A program made the position numbers and the translations under genes. Positions 40,501 through 53,600 of a DNA stretch of 64,000 nucleotides are shown one piece after another. The notes beneath the pieces are model-generated. The model was given only the letters and a program-made list of their open reading frames with translations. It ran no database searches and had not been told where the DNA came from. The first letter of the stretch is position 1; each line of letters starts with the position of its first letter. The stretch is from Stylophora pistillata (lineage: Eukaryota). Where the stretch lies: the NCBI RefSeq assembly GCF_002571385.2, contig NW_019217844.1, forward strand, positions 335,605 through 399,604. Reading direction: 5' to 3'.

Positions 40501-41402
40501 CAAGTGAACAGCAAACCAAATATATTATCTGTACAAAAATGAACTAAACAAAATAGATCTCTTTGACCAATTTTTTTCCAAGATGTGAATGTTGTACCTT
40601 TAGTACAGTTCTGTGTGAGTGTTTTCTGTTTAACATGAAGTGTTTTATAGGAGTTAGTTCCACCCACCATTTTGAGGGTAGAGTCACCCCATCCCCTCTC
40701 AAAACTGATTCAGTGGATGCTCTCCCCCTTCCCATAATTTATGAAGAAAACATAGCCAAGCAGGGTTTTCATTAAGGGCTGGGCAATGGGCAAATTGACC
40801 AGTTTTGAGGGCAGTTTTGCCCACCTGGTTTGGTGATCTGGAGGAAAGTTTATCTTATAAAGCAAGTTCAGTTCAAAAGTTTTGCCCACCCATGGAAACT
40901 AGTTGTCCTCATGCTGAAAACATCGATGAAACCCCTGGTCAAGTGATCAGGGAGCTAGGATTATAATGTGGTAGCCCTCTTTTCTGCCACTCAGTTCACA
41001 ATGTTTACATTGGCCATGAAAAACTGCCAGGAAGAGCTAATCAACCCTTTGCACCCAAAAATCAGTGTTGACTTGTCACTTCGTGGGTTTATTATGAACC
41101 AATGCAATGACCAGCTCCCAGTTGGCTTGTAAGCTCAGTTGGCTGAGAGCACTGCACTGGTATCTCAGAGGTCATGGGTTCAAATCCCATTCAGGCCTAA
41201 ATTTTTTTCAGGCTTTATTTTAAGTACTGCTTATAAATAAGTATTGTTCATTACTGCAAAGATCAATCTCACACTAATTATGACCTTAATGTTTGTTTTG
41301 GAGATGATACTGTGAGGAGATATCAGATTCCAATCACTTTTAGGGGTATAATAAAGGGTTAACTAAAGTTGGTGTCATAATTAACAATTATTCCACGAGC
41401 GT

Positions 41403-41441
<39 letters not shown>

Positions 41442-41462
41442 AGCGCCAAGTTGGCTATAATA

Positions 41463-41519
<57 letters not shown>

Positions 41520-41589
41520 AATTATTATTTTGTAAGAAGAAACCGGATTTTTTTAGCTCCCTTTTGATTTTAAGCTGACGCGTACGCTT

Positions 41590-41688
<99 letters not shown>

Positions 41689-44600
41689 TTATCATTATCA
41701 CATGTGAAAGTGTTGAGTGTAGTCCTAAGAAGGACTGTTGTCAGTGGTGGTGACTGATGTTTTGACAACCTGTGCAGAAGTCATCATCAGAGTCAAGTGA
41801 ATAGTTGTTGTCAGTAGAATTTTATTAGTCCAGTTTGTGTAAAATGCTTGGTCAGTTTTGCTGTGATGTTGTTGGCTGTAAGACTCAAGTGATGTAAGTT
41901 GGTCTTGATTGATCTGTTTGATCCATCATTAAAATTAGGTCGTTCTGTTCAGAACTAACACCGATAACAGTCCTTCTCAGAACTACACTCACCCAGAGGA
42001 TCACACTACACATTCACATGTTACCCCTGGGTTCAAACCATTTACTGCATTATTGCATGTATTAATCAGTTCATTGCTTACATTGCTGTCAACATCATAA
42101 TTATCATCACCATAATTATCATCACCATAATTATCATCACCATAATTATCATCACAATTCATTGCTGAAAATATATTTCCTGCAATGGTCTGTTTTACTT
42201 AATTTACCTTTAGGATTACATTGTGAGACAAACATTGATGAATGTAACCAGACAAATCTTGCTTGTCATAATGGTGGAACATGCGTTGATGGGGTGAATG
42301 GCTACACATGTCAGTGCCCAGCACGTTTCTCTGGACCTTTCTGCAATGTGACTGTTACAAAGTGTGATGGAAGTCCTTGTCAAAATGGTGGAACTTGTAG
42401 GGAAAATCTTTCAGGGTAAGCTATTTGGATGATATAGACAGCACCTCCAAGTTACTTGCTCTTAAGGCAGGGGAGCAGTAACAAGTATACGCGTACCTTC
42501 CAACTCTCTCACCTGTAGATCAAAAATTGATCTCTTGCAAAAATATAAAGAAAAAAATTGAAAAACTCTACTTATACAGTCAAGTGACACAATAATGAGC
42601 CCAAAGAGGGCTTAATTGTTACAAAAGTGAAAATTAAGAAAGTGTTAACATGTGAAGACTAAGAATTAATAACAAAAATGACTTTCTGTACAATAATCTC
42701 TCGCAACCTTTCCTATGCCACTCAGATTTTCAAGCACTGCTGAAAAGTTTCGGCTTTCAATACCCTAGACTGACTAGGTAGTATCTGAAGAATGCAAAGT
42801 GTGAATTTCATTTAAACAAGCAAGTTTTTGCCATAGAAAGAACAGGCTACCCATTTTAAAGAAAGTTTTATTCTGTCAACTCTCATAGACATTTATTCAA
42901 GAAAAGCTCTGCCTTAGGCCACAAGAAGCCTCTAAAAAGTACAACTTGCAATACCAGTGATAGCTTTCTCATGGCTAAATCTTCCCAAAAATAGACACGA
43001 GATTGGGTGCTTTTGCCCAAATGATTATTATTAACAGAAGTATTATTCTTCTTTGAGGTTACCTTGCCTCTATCAAGAAGACAATTTCTGATTGCTTTCA
43101 GGGCAAGTCCATACATTATCTTTAAAAACTGACATCTCTGTAACAAACCATAATCTCATTGTGCTCCTGTGATTGTGATTATCATAGTGCAGTTATGGTG
43201 AATTAATGCTTTTACTCATGTATTGATTATCTTTCAGTTATAACTGCACTTGTACCGTGGGCTTTACTGGTCCTAATTGTGAAGAGAATATTGATGACTG
43301 TCTTCCAAACAGATGTCCATCATTTCAACAGTGTGTGGATGGAGTGAACAATTATCAGTGCATTTGTCCTGTTGGCAAAACTGGTCAAACCTGTAATGTT
43401 GACATTGATTATTGTTTTGGGCAGCCATGTCTAAATGGAGCAACTTGTAACACCTTTCAAGGTGAGGTTTAAGTTTAGGTGAAATGATAGGTGTGGCCCT
43501 GATATTATCAACACTTGAATCAATGTGAGAACCAACTCAAAATACTAAACATAAATATGTAAAATTAATGATATACTCCAAACTGTAGACTAGGCTGATT
43601 TCCTTTGAACAATGACTCAATACCTTGAGCAGTATTATGGAAAAATTCAAATGAATATGAAAGCAATTTTTGCAGTGATAAATACTACTTAAGCAGAAGT
43701 GAAAATAAGGCTGGAAAAAAATTTCAGACCCATTAATAGGGAAATTCAAAACATTCAGAAAAAGACAACTGGAGCATTAACTTGCTTCTCAAGTAACTTG
43801 TAGAAGGGTAAGGCATGGCTCTTTCCACGCCCTTGAGGTGCATAATAGCGGTGTTTTTATTGCCAGTTACAGTATTTACACATCAAGTCAAACTCCTTCA
43901 TCCTTCACTTCCCCCCAGACTTGAATTAGCAACAAATTCCTTTTGATGATGTGCATGTGCATGTAGCTTGAAGTATATGACTGAAATCTGAGCTGTGCCT
44001 GATCATATCACTTCAGGAAGGAGTTAATATTTGTTCAGTCTAAATATGTGAAAATACTGCACGGAACTAAGAATCAGGTCACTCATCACTTTGGAACAGT
44101 CTTTCACAAGTTGACTCTGAGCTCCTAAGGGTTAATTGAGATTATTTACCTCATAAAAGTTTCATACAATTAAATGCAATGGAAACTGATCAAGCTTCTG
44201 AAATTCTACATATAGGTGAGTTCAACTGCACCTGTGCTCCAGGCTTTGAAGGGCACCGCTGTGAAAATAACACAGATGAGTGTGCATCTTATCCTTGTTT
44301 TAATGGTGGCACATGTACAGATAAAATATATGGTTTTACTTGCAACTGCCCAGCTGGTTTCATTGGGAGACAGTGTGAAGCAAACATTATTGAATGTCTG
44401 TCCAACCCATGCCAAAATGGTGGTACTTGTGTAGAGAGTGTTGGACTTGCAGGTTATTCCTGCACTTGTCAAGCAGGATTTCAAGGTTATATTTAATTCC
44501 AAATCAGATATTTTCACCTGGTAAACAAGCACAGACTAGCTTGTCTTGAGAAAGTTGTGCATGTTGTGATATACTCTAGAGTAATTTTCTGAAAATTATG

Positions 44601-47600
44601 GAGTTCCCTTTTGCTCTGATACAAGAAGTGGTTTCACTTTGTCATTGTTTTTCTATTTGTTTGTTTGTTTGTTTGTTAGTCAGTTGCTGGCCCACTCTAT
44701 TTCCTTCTTGGTGACATAGCTTTTAACGGTATCAAAGTTACTTCCAATCCTTCATCAAATTTAAAACGAAATTATTTCTATGTTCTTTAGGACTCCATTG
44801 TGAATTTAGTAGTTCATCTTGTCAGCTCAACCCATGTCAAAACAATGGCACGTGTACGCTTCATGGTAACAAGTTGAATTGCACGTGTTCAGTCGGTTGG
44901 ACTGGTCCTTACTGCGGCCTTGATGTCGACGAGTGCCGTACGTCACCTTGTGGAAATCTCGGCACATGCCACAACATGCCCGGAGGTTATAACTGCACGT
45001 GTTTAGCGGGCTTCACGGGCGCAAATTGTGACAAGCACGTGGACGAGTGTCTTGATGAGCCTTGCCAGAATCAAGGCACGTGCGAGGATTTTGTGAATGG
45101 CTACCAATGCACGTGTACCGCAAGCTTTTCTGGTAAAAACTGCGAGATTCCTGTGAATAACTGTTCTGCGCAGCCATGTAAAAACGGAGGGATTTGCAGA
45201 CTAGGAGGAAGTGGCTTTTCTTGTGACTGTAAACCGGGTTATACCGGTTTTACCTGTGAAGTCGATATCAATGAATGCGCCTCTAATCCGTGTAAAAATG
45301 GCGGCACATGTGTTAACAATGTCGATCGCTATGAGTGTCAATGTGTTGATGGTTATCGAGGGAAGTCATGTGAAGTTCTCTTTACGGTGAGCTTCCAGCA
45401 AGGCTCGTATCTTCCTGTTTTGGGATTTACATTGTTCCCGTCGGATCTTTTGTCATTTAGATTCCGAACTACGCTGCCATCTGGACTTTTGTTCTATCAA
45501 GGGGCGGTAAGTAGAATTGAAGACAAACTATTTATAGCGCTTTTCGTGTGAATGTCGTGAGGTAAAATTAAAGTTATTGCATAAGAAGGGTGTAGGAAAG
45601 AAAAAATTTTGACAGTGAACCAACGAGAACTCGAAGTAATGGCAAAAAAATTGTGAAAAGCACGGGAAAAGGCAAATGACCCTGTGGCGATATGCATGTA
45701 TTAGTTTGGTCTGTCGCGTTTTTTCCTTTTTTTTGTTTTTGTTTTTGAATCAATTAGAGGGCGTATCTTTGTGAAACGACAGAATTTCATTTGGGATTTC
45801 TTTTGACACTTTATTCGAACCCCCTCACCCCTATAACCACTGCATTTGATTTGGCATTAGGATTTCTTTTTCTATTTATTAAAAATGAATTATAAAAAAG
45901 ACATATTTGTTTCTGCCAGGATCTCACAAAAGAACATCCGGATCACGTAATTGTAGAGCTAACAAACGGCTCTATTCTCCTGTCACTCAATACTGGCCTA
46001 GACACTGCAACGACCAAGGTAGGCAGGGGACTCAACGATGGAACCTGGCACCAAATCACTCTGAAGATAACTGGTCCCCAGGCCAGTATATCTATTGACG
46101 AGGACACGTGCAATGCAGACTGTTTATCAGCGTCTGTTTTAACCACCTCCGATGCTAGCTCGCAGTACGCTGGTCTTCCCCATTTCGGAGGAGTAAGACA
46201 GCTGGTGCCACAAATAAGACAACAACTCACGACTGATGGTTCATTTGTGGGATGCATCAAGGTATTTGTTGGCAATGTTATAATGGGAAGTTGAAAACAG
46301 TGCCTGTCTTAATAAGCTCGAGATGGAGTGACAAGGGGGTCAGTATTTTTTAAGGCAGAAGCCTTTTTTCCCTTATTTTCTTTTTTTTTGACATTCATAG
46401 TTCCCTTCGTATTCGCTACATACCCAAAGTCGTTGGAGATGTTATCACCCAGTAGTTAGCACACTTGCTTTGGTATCTAGAAGTCCTCCCTCGAGTCTTG
46501 GAAAAAGCCCTTAAATCTCGCAAGGGGTTTTCTCCTCTCAGGAAATATGGGAATATGGGAACCAGCAAATTCTTAGCGAAACGTGACGTAACACCAATGG
46601 GGTTATAGGGGGGGTAGGGGGGTAATCCAGGAAGAGCTAGCATCCCCCTTAGGAGGAGTAACAGTAATCCAGATGGTTTGGTCTCGTACCATGGAAACCA
46701 ATGAAAACCTCTCACGTGCTTATGGCTGGGATTAAGACTCAACTACTGACTGTGATTCCAGGCGCTCCCCACCCCCTCTGGGCTGGGCAGCAAAAGTCTA
46801 ATCTTTCTGTTTGGATCTTCTTATTAGGACTTTTTATATAACAATATCGAAGTGAGTCTACAGAATGTGTTGGCACAAGCGCACCTAGTCTCCACCGGTT
46901 GTCAGCGAAGGGACGTATGTAGCAATCATGGATGCAAACATGGTGGCGCATGTGTAGATGAGTGGGTGAGGTACCGCTGTGAGTGTCTTCAAGGTTTCGT
47001 GGGCTCGTTTTGCGAGCATCAAGTCACAGCCACTTTTGACAGTGATGACAATTCTGGTTTAAAATTCATTTCAGCTGCTGCAATCACTTCGTTTTCTTTG
47101 GAGTTTTCAATTGATCCTACTCTTCCAAGTGGAGTGCTCGCTTACACTGGGGTAGGTTGACTTCACGGACAGTGTGAACTGTTGGTGGGGCAGTATAAAT
47201 TAACCATTTCACTCCCATGTATGAGCGAAAACTCAACGATTTTATCCTTACAGTGACAATACACTTTCAGGCAGAAAAGTGATGAGAAAACAGAAAAAGA
47301 TTAACTTAAGGATATTGTTTGACAGAACACTAAATTCTCAGAGTATCTATTAGAAATGTTTGGCAGAGGTGTAGAGAATTTGTATTTAGATCTTGAGAGT
47401 AAGAGGGTTATAAGCGTCGAAACTAAGAATGTAGGCTTTTGTTTCACTACTTGTCGTGAGTTATGGAACAAAAATCGCGCCATCAACTCCACCAATCAGA
47501 TTGAAAACCAAAACCAATTAGAACTTGGGCGTTGCGTTATCGTGTGCTTTACGCCCATTTATCATGATTATTATTTTTTTATCGTGTCAAAAATAAACGT

Positions 47601-50600
47601 TGTGGTCGCTGCAGTTTTTCGTAAATGCTTTGTAGCAAGGAGTGTTATTTGACCGTGTGGTCTGATCGACTGGGAAAGGATGGTCTTGGGAAGAACAGAA
47701 GTCGATAGTAGTGACTGACGTCTTGACAACCCTAGCTTGCGGAAGTCGTCATCAGAGGCGACTCTGCCCTTGACATGCCTTTTTCAATAATTGCAGTTTA
47801 GTGACCTATTACATAAAGTTGTTCAGTCAACTAGTTTTACAGGAAATCTCTCGAGATCAGTGTAGTCAACGTCAAATTTGATTTTATTTCCAGTCAGGGC
47901 AAGGAGATTTTGGTGTAGCCTTGAACAATGGACGTTTACGTGTAGCATACGTGAAGTCTCACTTCGAAAAAAACTACCTTGACGTCGGTCGCAATCTCTC
48001 TGACGGAAAATGGCATAGCTTGTATATCAACGTCACTTCCGGTAGTGTTGCGATTGACGTGAACACATATCACGCAGTTCTTGCCCCGCCTCGAGTTTCT
48101 CAGCCAATTGCAGATCTTGAGAACACTCTATACATGGGAGGTCTTTTGAGCAGGTTTAGCGATTTACTCCTTTCTCTAAATAACAAGCAGTCGACGTTTA
48201 GTGGTTGTTCAAGAAACGTAATTTTAAATGGAAATTTGACAACGTTTGAAACCGCGCAGACGAACGGTGGGTATTCGCTGCCAAAGTCGAGCTGTAAGAA
48301 GGACGAGAACTGCGCACTAGAATCCTGTACAAACGGAGGTGCGTGTGATGCTAGCTGGACTGGGTTTCAGTGTCACTGTTTGGAAGATTTTGTCGGGAGT
48401 CAGTGTCAAAATGGTGAGATGGCTTTCCTAATTACATAATTATTACTTACTTTTGCCATGCGCCTGTAAAACACTTTTTACCGATGATGTTACGGCAAGG
48501 GTGTGGTCATGAATATAAATTTCTGCGCACCTGTGATGAAGTAGCTACTCTGTCCTGTTGCTTTGAGGGCCAGAGTTCATGCGGCGAGAAGGACAAGCAA
48601 ATGGAGCTTCTAGTACTGTAAGAAATTTCTTTGGATCCGCGCATCCTCATCACCCGAGGTCAGGGGTCGGTTTGTTAATGACTTGAAAAAATAAACTCTC
48701 AGAGGGAGGGTGATTGTTACGGTTATATACCCCCATTGCTACGCTCCCGGATGTGTGCAGAGAAACGTGAAAGAAATTATTCATATCTCCATAACTGTAG
48801 TCCTGTGGCATCACGGTCATTCCAATTTTGGCCATAACAGTATGGACACAATATGGGCAAATTGGCAAAGTCTGACTTTCCGAGTAGGTTGTAGTGGCTC
48901 GGCTTTCCGTCGTAATCTTCTGTTATTTTACCCATCGATGTCAGTTTTGTTTTCTGAAGTTTGTTTTCCTACCTACTGTAGTTTCCGAGACTTCATTCTT
49001 ATCGAATAACAGCCGAGTGGAACTAACATTGAACTCGTCTGAGTGGAGTTTTGGTCAGAGTGGGTCGATGTGGTTCAGGACTCGTGAAATGGACGGGTTA
49101 CTAATGTATGCCGGGCGGAGACCTGGGGGAGGCAATACAGAATTCCTGCTTCTTGCAGTCACTTCCGGTCAGGCTAGATTTACCGCTGACCTTGGCTCAG
49201 GTATGGTAAATGTGCCTTTCATCCTGGGCGTTAAATATTTTCTCTGTGATTTTTTTTTCGAAACTCCCCAGTTTCAAAGTTTCAAAGCTTTCAGTGTTAA
49301 TCAAACAAGGCTCCATTTTTATGAAATTGATGTAAGCCTTGGTGGCCTCATGGTTAGTGCGCTCTACTCCGGATCGAGTGGTCCGGGTTCGAGCCCCGGC
49401 CAGGACATTGTGTTGTGTTCTTAAGCAAGACACTTTACTCTCACAGTGCCTCTCTTCACCCAGGTGTATAAATGGGTACCGGCAATTTAATGCTGGGGGT
49501 AACTCTGCGATGGACTAGCATCCCATCCAGGGGGTAGTAGAAATACTCCTAGTCGCTTCATGCAACAGAAACCGGAGTTAAGCACCGGCCTAATGGGCCA
49601 CTAGGCTCGTAAACAGACTTTACCTTTTAGTCCGATGTTTAAAATAAGAGCGTCAGTCTCTTATCCACCTTTACTCGAATTTTAGGATCAATTTCGCTTT
49701 CGATCAACAAAGTTGTGTCTGACGGTGACTGGCATTACGTGACCTGGACCAGAAGATATAAGCGCATAACACTGGACTTAGATGGCATGATGACAGCACG
49801 GGGAGACCTTCCCGGAGCAGACGGACAGTTTGATGCTGCTCAGGATCCTGTGGTGTCTGTGGATATTGGGGGAGTCCCGCCTGGTGTACCACAGCCTAAA
49901 GGTACTCAGAGATTATCACAACCTTTTTTTTAAAATTGTCGGAAATGCTTCTTCTGACAATATACTCGCGACTCACTTTCAATTGAATAAACTAAACAAT
50001 TTTATTCCGACTTCTCTAAGTTTTCCAACTCTCTCCATGTGCTTTTTTCTCTTATCCCATAATGTTTTTCTTTCGTTCCCAGCCTCCGCGGCTATCCTAG
50101 CTAGGGATGCCTGACCAATCTTAGATTAAGCATAAATAAACAAATCAACACGGCTTAAACTTAACATAATCTCAACAAAATTGAATTTGGCTCTACTTTT
50201 TTCGCGACCCATTCGCTATTTGTGCCTTTAAGCCAATATATGTTATTTTTCAGGCTGTTTTTACACAGATTAATCCAATGTGAATGTTCCATTACAGGTC
50301 TGACAGCACTCAAGAATTTCAAGGGATGCATAAAGGACATCATGTTCAACTCTCGACGTGTCCATTATCTTTCGTCTCACTCTCAGAGAGGCCTGGGCGT
50401 TAGTAGGAAGCAAGTAACAGTAGGTTGCCAAGGAAACTCCTCCTGCTCACCTGATCCCTGCCCAGCTCACAGTGTTTGTATTCCATCTTGGGATGGCATC
50501 AATTGCACGTGTGATCCTGGTTGGATAGGTGATAAATGTGATATTCGCATACCGGACTGCTCGGCTAATAACTGCACAAATGGTGCAACGTGTGTTAATG

Positions 50601-53600
50601 TCACACGTGGGTTTGAATGTGTGTGCGCACAGGGATATACTGGTCTTTATTGCGAAACTCAGATTTCTCACTGCCAGTCCGACCCGTGTCATAATAATGC
50701 AACCTGCCATGAAATAATGGGAGGTTACAGATGTGATTGCACTGTAGGATTCACTGGAAAGGACTGTGAAAGTGATATCAATGAATGTAACAGTACACCA
50801 TGTAGAAACAATGGATCATGTACAGATCTACAAGGCAATTATTCCTGTCAGTGTTCTATGGGTTTTTCTGGAAGAGATTGTGAGTTGAACATAGATGATT
50901 GCTCGCCTAATTCTTGCGCGAACCAGGGAACATGTATTGATTTAATAGCCAACTATAGTTGTCAGTGCTCCGTGGGCTATACAGGTAGAAATTGCGACAT
51001 TGATATTGATGAGTGTTCCCCAAATCCGTGCAGGCATGGCGCGACGTGCCTTGACTCAGTGGGTAACTACAGTTGTAGCTGTGTATCAGGTTTCACCGGC
51101 AGAAAGTGTGAAGTAGATTTCGACGAATGTTTTTCAAGTCCGTGCTTGAACAACGCTACGTGTGTGGACCTAGTTGGCAACTACAGTTGTCAATGTTCAA
51201 TTGGCTATGCAGGAAAGAACTGTGATGTTGACATCGACGAATGTTCTCCACACCCTTGCCTACACAATGCGACGTGTACCAACCGTGTTGGCAATTATAG
51301 TTGTAGTTGTCCCTTGGGTTACACTGGAAGGAATTGTGAAACCGATATCGACCATTGCTCTCCCAATCCTTGCTCGAATCAGGGCACTTGCACTGATGGC
51401 GTTGGAAACTACAGTTGCCTTTGTTCCCCGGGTTTCTCCGGCAAGAATTGTACAGTCGATATCGACGAATGCGCCCTTTACCCTTGTCAAAATAATGCGA
51501 CATGCATTGATCAAATTGCTGCTTACAGCTGCAACTGTCCCATGGGTTTTTCTGGTAGCAACTGTGAAACAAACGTCGATGAGTGTTCTCCGAAACCTTG
51601 TTTAAATCAAGGAACCTGCCTAGATCTGATTGGTACTTACAGCTGTACCTGTTTACGGGGATTTACAGGAAGAAATTGTAGCTTAGACATCGACGAGTGC
51701 TCGTCAAATCCGTGCCTTAACAATGCTACTTGCAACGATTTAGTAGGTAGGCACAGTTGCCAGTGTCCCGTCGGATTTACGGGAAGCGATTGTGGCTCTG
51801 ACATCAACGAATGTGCCCTAAATCCATGTTTTAATCAAGGAACGTGTTACGATCTAATAGGAAACCACAGCTGTGTATGTCTACGTGGATTTACCGGACG
51901 AAATTGCGAAATAAACATCGATGACTGTGCACTAGGCCCTTGCCAGAACAATGCAACCTGCATCGATCTCGTCGCCAATTACAGTTGTCGGTGTCCATTA
52001 GGCTTCACTGGGAGAAATTGCGAGACAAATATTGACGAGTGCGCTTCTGTTCCTTGCTCGAATAATGCTACATGTACTGATGTGCAGGGTAATTACAGTT
52101 GTGACTGCTTGGAAGGTTACACGGGTAGAAATTGTGAGGTGGACATCAATGAATGTTCTTCAAATCCTTGCAGACGCCACGGCACATGTTTAGATCTTAT
52201 TGGTAATTACACTTGTAGCTGTGTTTCTGGTTTCAGCGGGAGAAACTGCGAGGTCGATATAAATGAATGCTCTTCAAACCCTTGTGCTCATAGTGGTACA
52301 TGTTTAGATCTTATTGGTAATTACACTTGTAGCTGTGTTTCTGGTTTCAGCGGGAGAAACTGCGAGGTCGATATAAATGAATGCTCTTCAAACCCTTGTG
52401 CTCATAGTTGTACATGTTTAGATCTTATTGGTAATTACACTTGTAGCTGTGTTTCTGGTTTCAGCGGGAGAAACTGCGAGGTCGATATAAATGAATGCTC
52501 TTCAAACCCTTGTGCTCATAGTAGTACATGTTTAGATCTGATTGGGAATTACAGCTGTAATTGTATATCTGGTTATACTGGCAGGGACTGCGAAGTCGAT
52601 ATAAATGAGTGCTCTTCCAATCCGTGTGGAAATCACGGTACATGTTCTGATCTTGTTGGAAATTACACCTGTAACTGTGTTGCGGGTTACAGTGGCAGAA
52701 ATTGCGACGTGGACATCGATGAATGCTCTGCGAACCAGTGCTTGAACAATGCGACATGTGTAGACTTGTTAGGAAACTACAGTTGCAGATGTTCATTGGG
52801 TTTCATAGGCAGAAACTGCGAAGTGGAGATCGACGAATGTGCGTCGAGCCCGTGTGAAAACCAAGGAACTTGTACTGATCTAATAGGAAAGTACAAGTGT
52901 AACTGCGTCAGTGGTTTTACTGGTACCAACTGTGATAATAACATCGACGATTGCTCTCCCGATCCTTGTCAAAATGGTGCAACATGTTCAGATCACATTG
53001 GTAACTACAGCTGTAAATGTCCAGCGGGATTTACTGGAAGGAACTGTGCGATAAATATTGATGAATGTGCTTCTGATCCTTGCAAGAATAATGCAACGTG
53101 TTCCGACCTTGTAGATGGTCACAGTTGTCAGTGCGTTGTGGGTTTCACAGGGAAGAATTGTGAAGTCAACATCAATGAGTGCTCTTCAAACCCATGTCAA
53201 CATGGCGGGACCTGTTCGGACTTGATCGCAAGGTATAATTGTGCTTGTGTATCGGGATACACTGGAAGAAATTGCGAGACGAATATTGACGAGTGCGCGT
53301 CAAATCCGTGTAAACACGGTGCCACGTGCATGGATGCTGTAGCCAATTACACGTGTGGCTGCGCGCGTGGTTACTCGGGAAGAAACTGCGAGGTAGATAT
53401 CAATGAATGTGCATCGCAGCCTTGCCAGAATGGAGCGACTTGCACTGATCTTGTTGGAGATTTCTCTTGCAGCTGTGTGCCCGGTTACAGTGGTAAAAAC
53501 TGCCGAGGTAATATAGACGAGTGTAGTTCTAGTCCTTGTGTGAACGGTGCTACTTGCGTAGATTTAATCAATGAATACAACTGTAGCTGTGTTCCTGGAT

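Noticed and set aside
41123-41198. Functional tRNA gene
   Set aside because: The acceptor and anticodon stems are imperfect and the sequence is embedded in a dispersed repeat. The same applies to the heads at 39380-39450 and 49341-49400.
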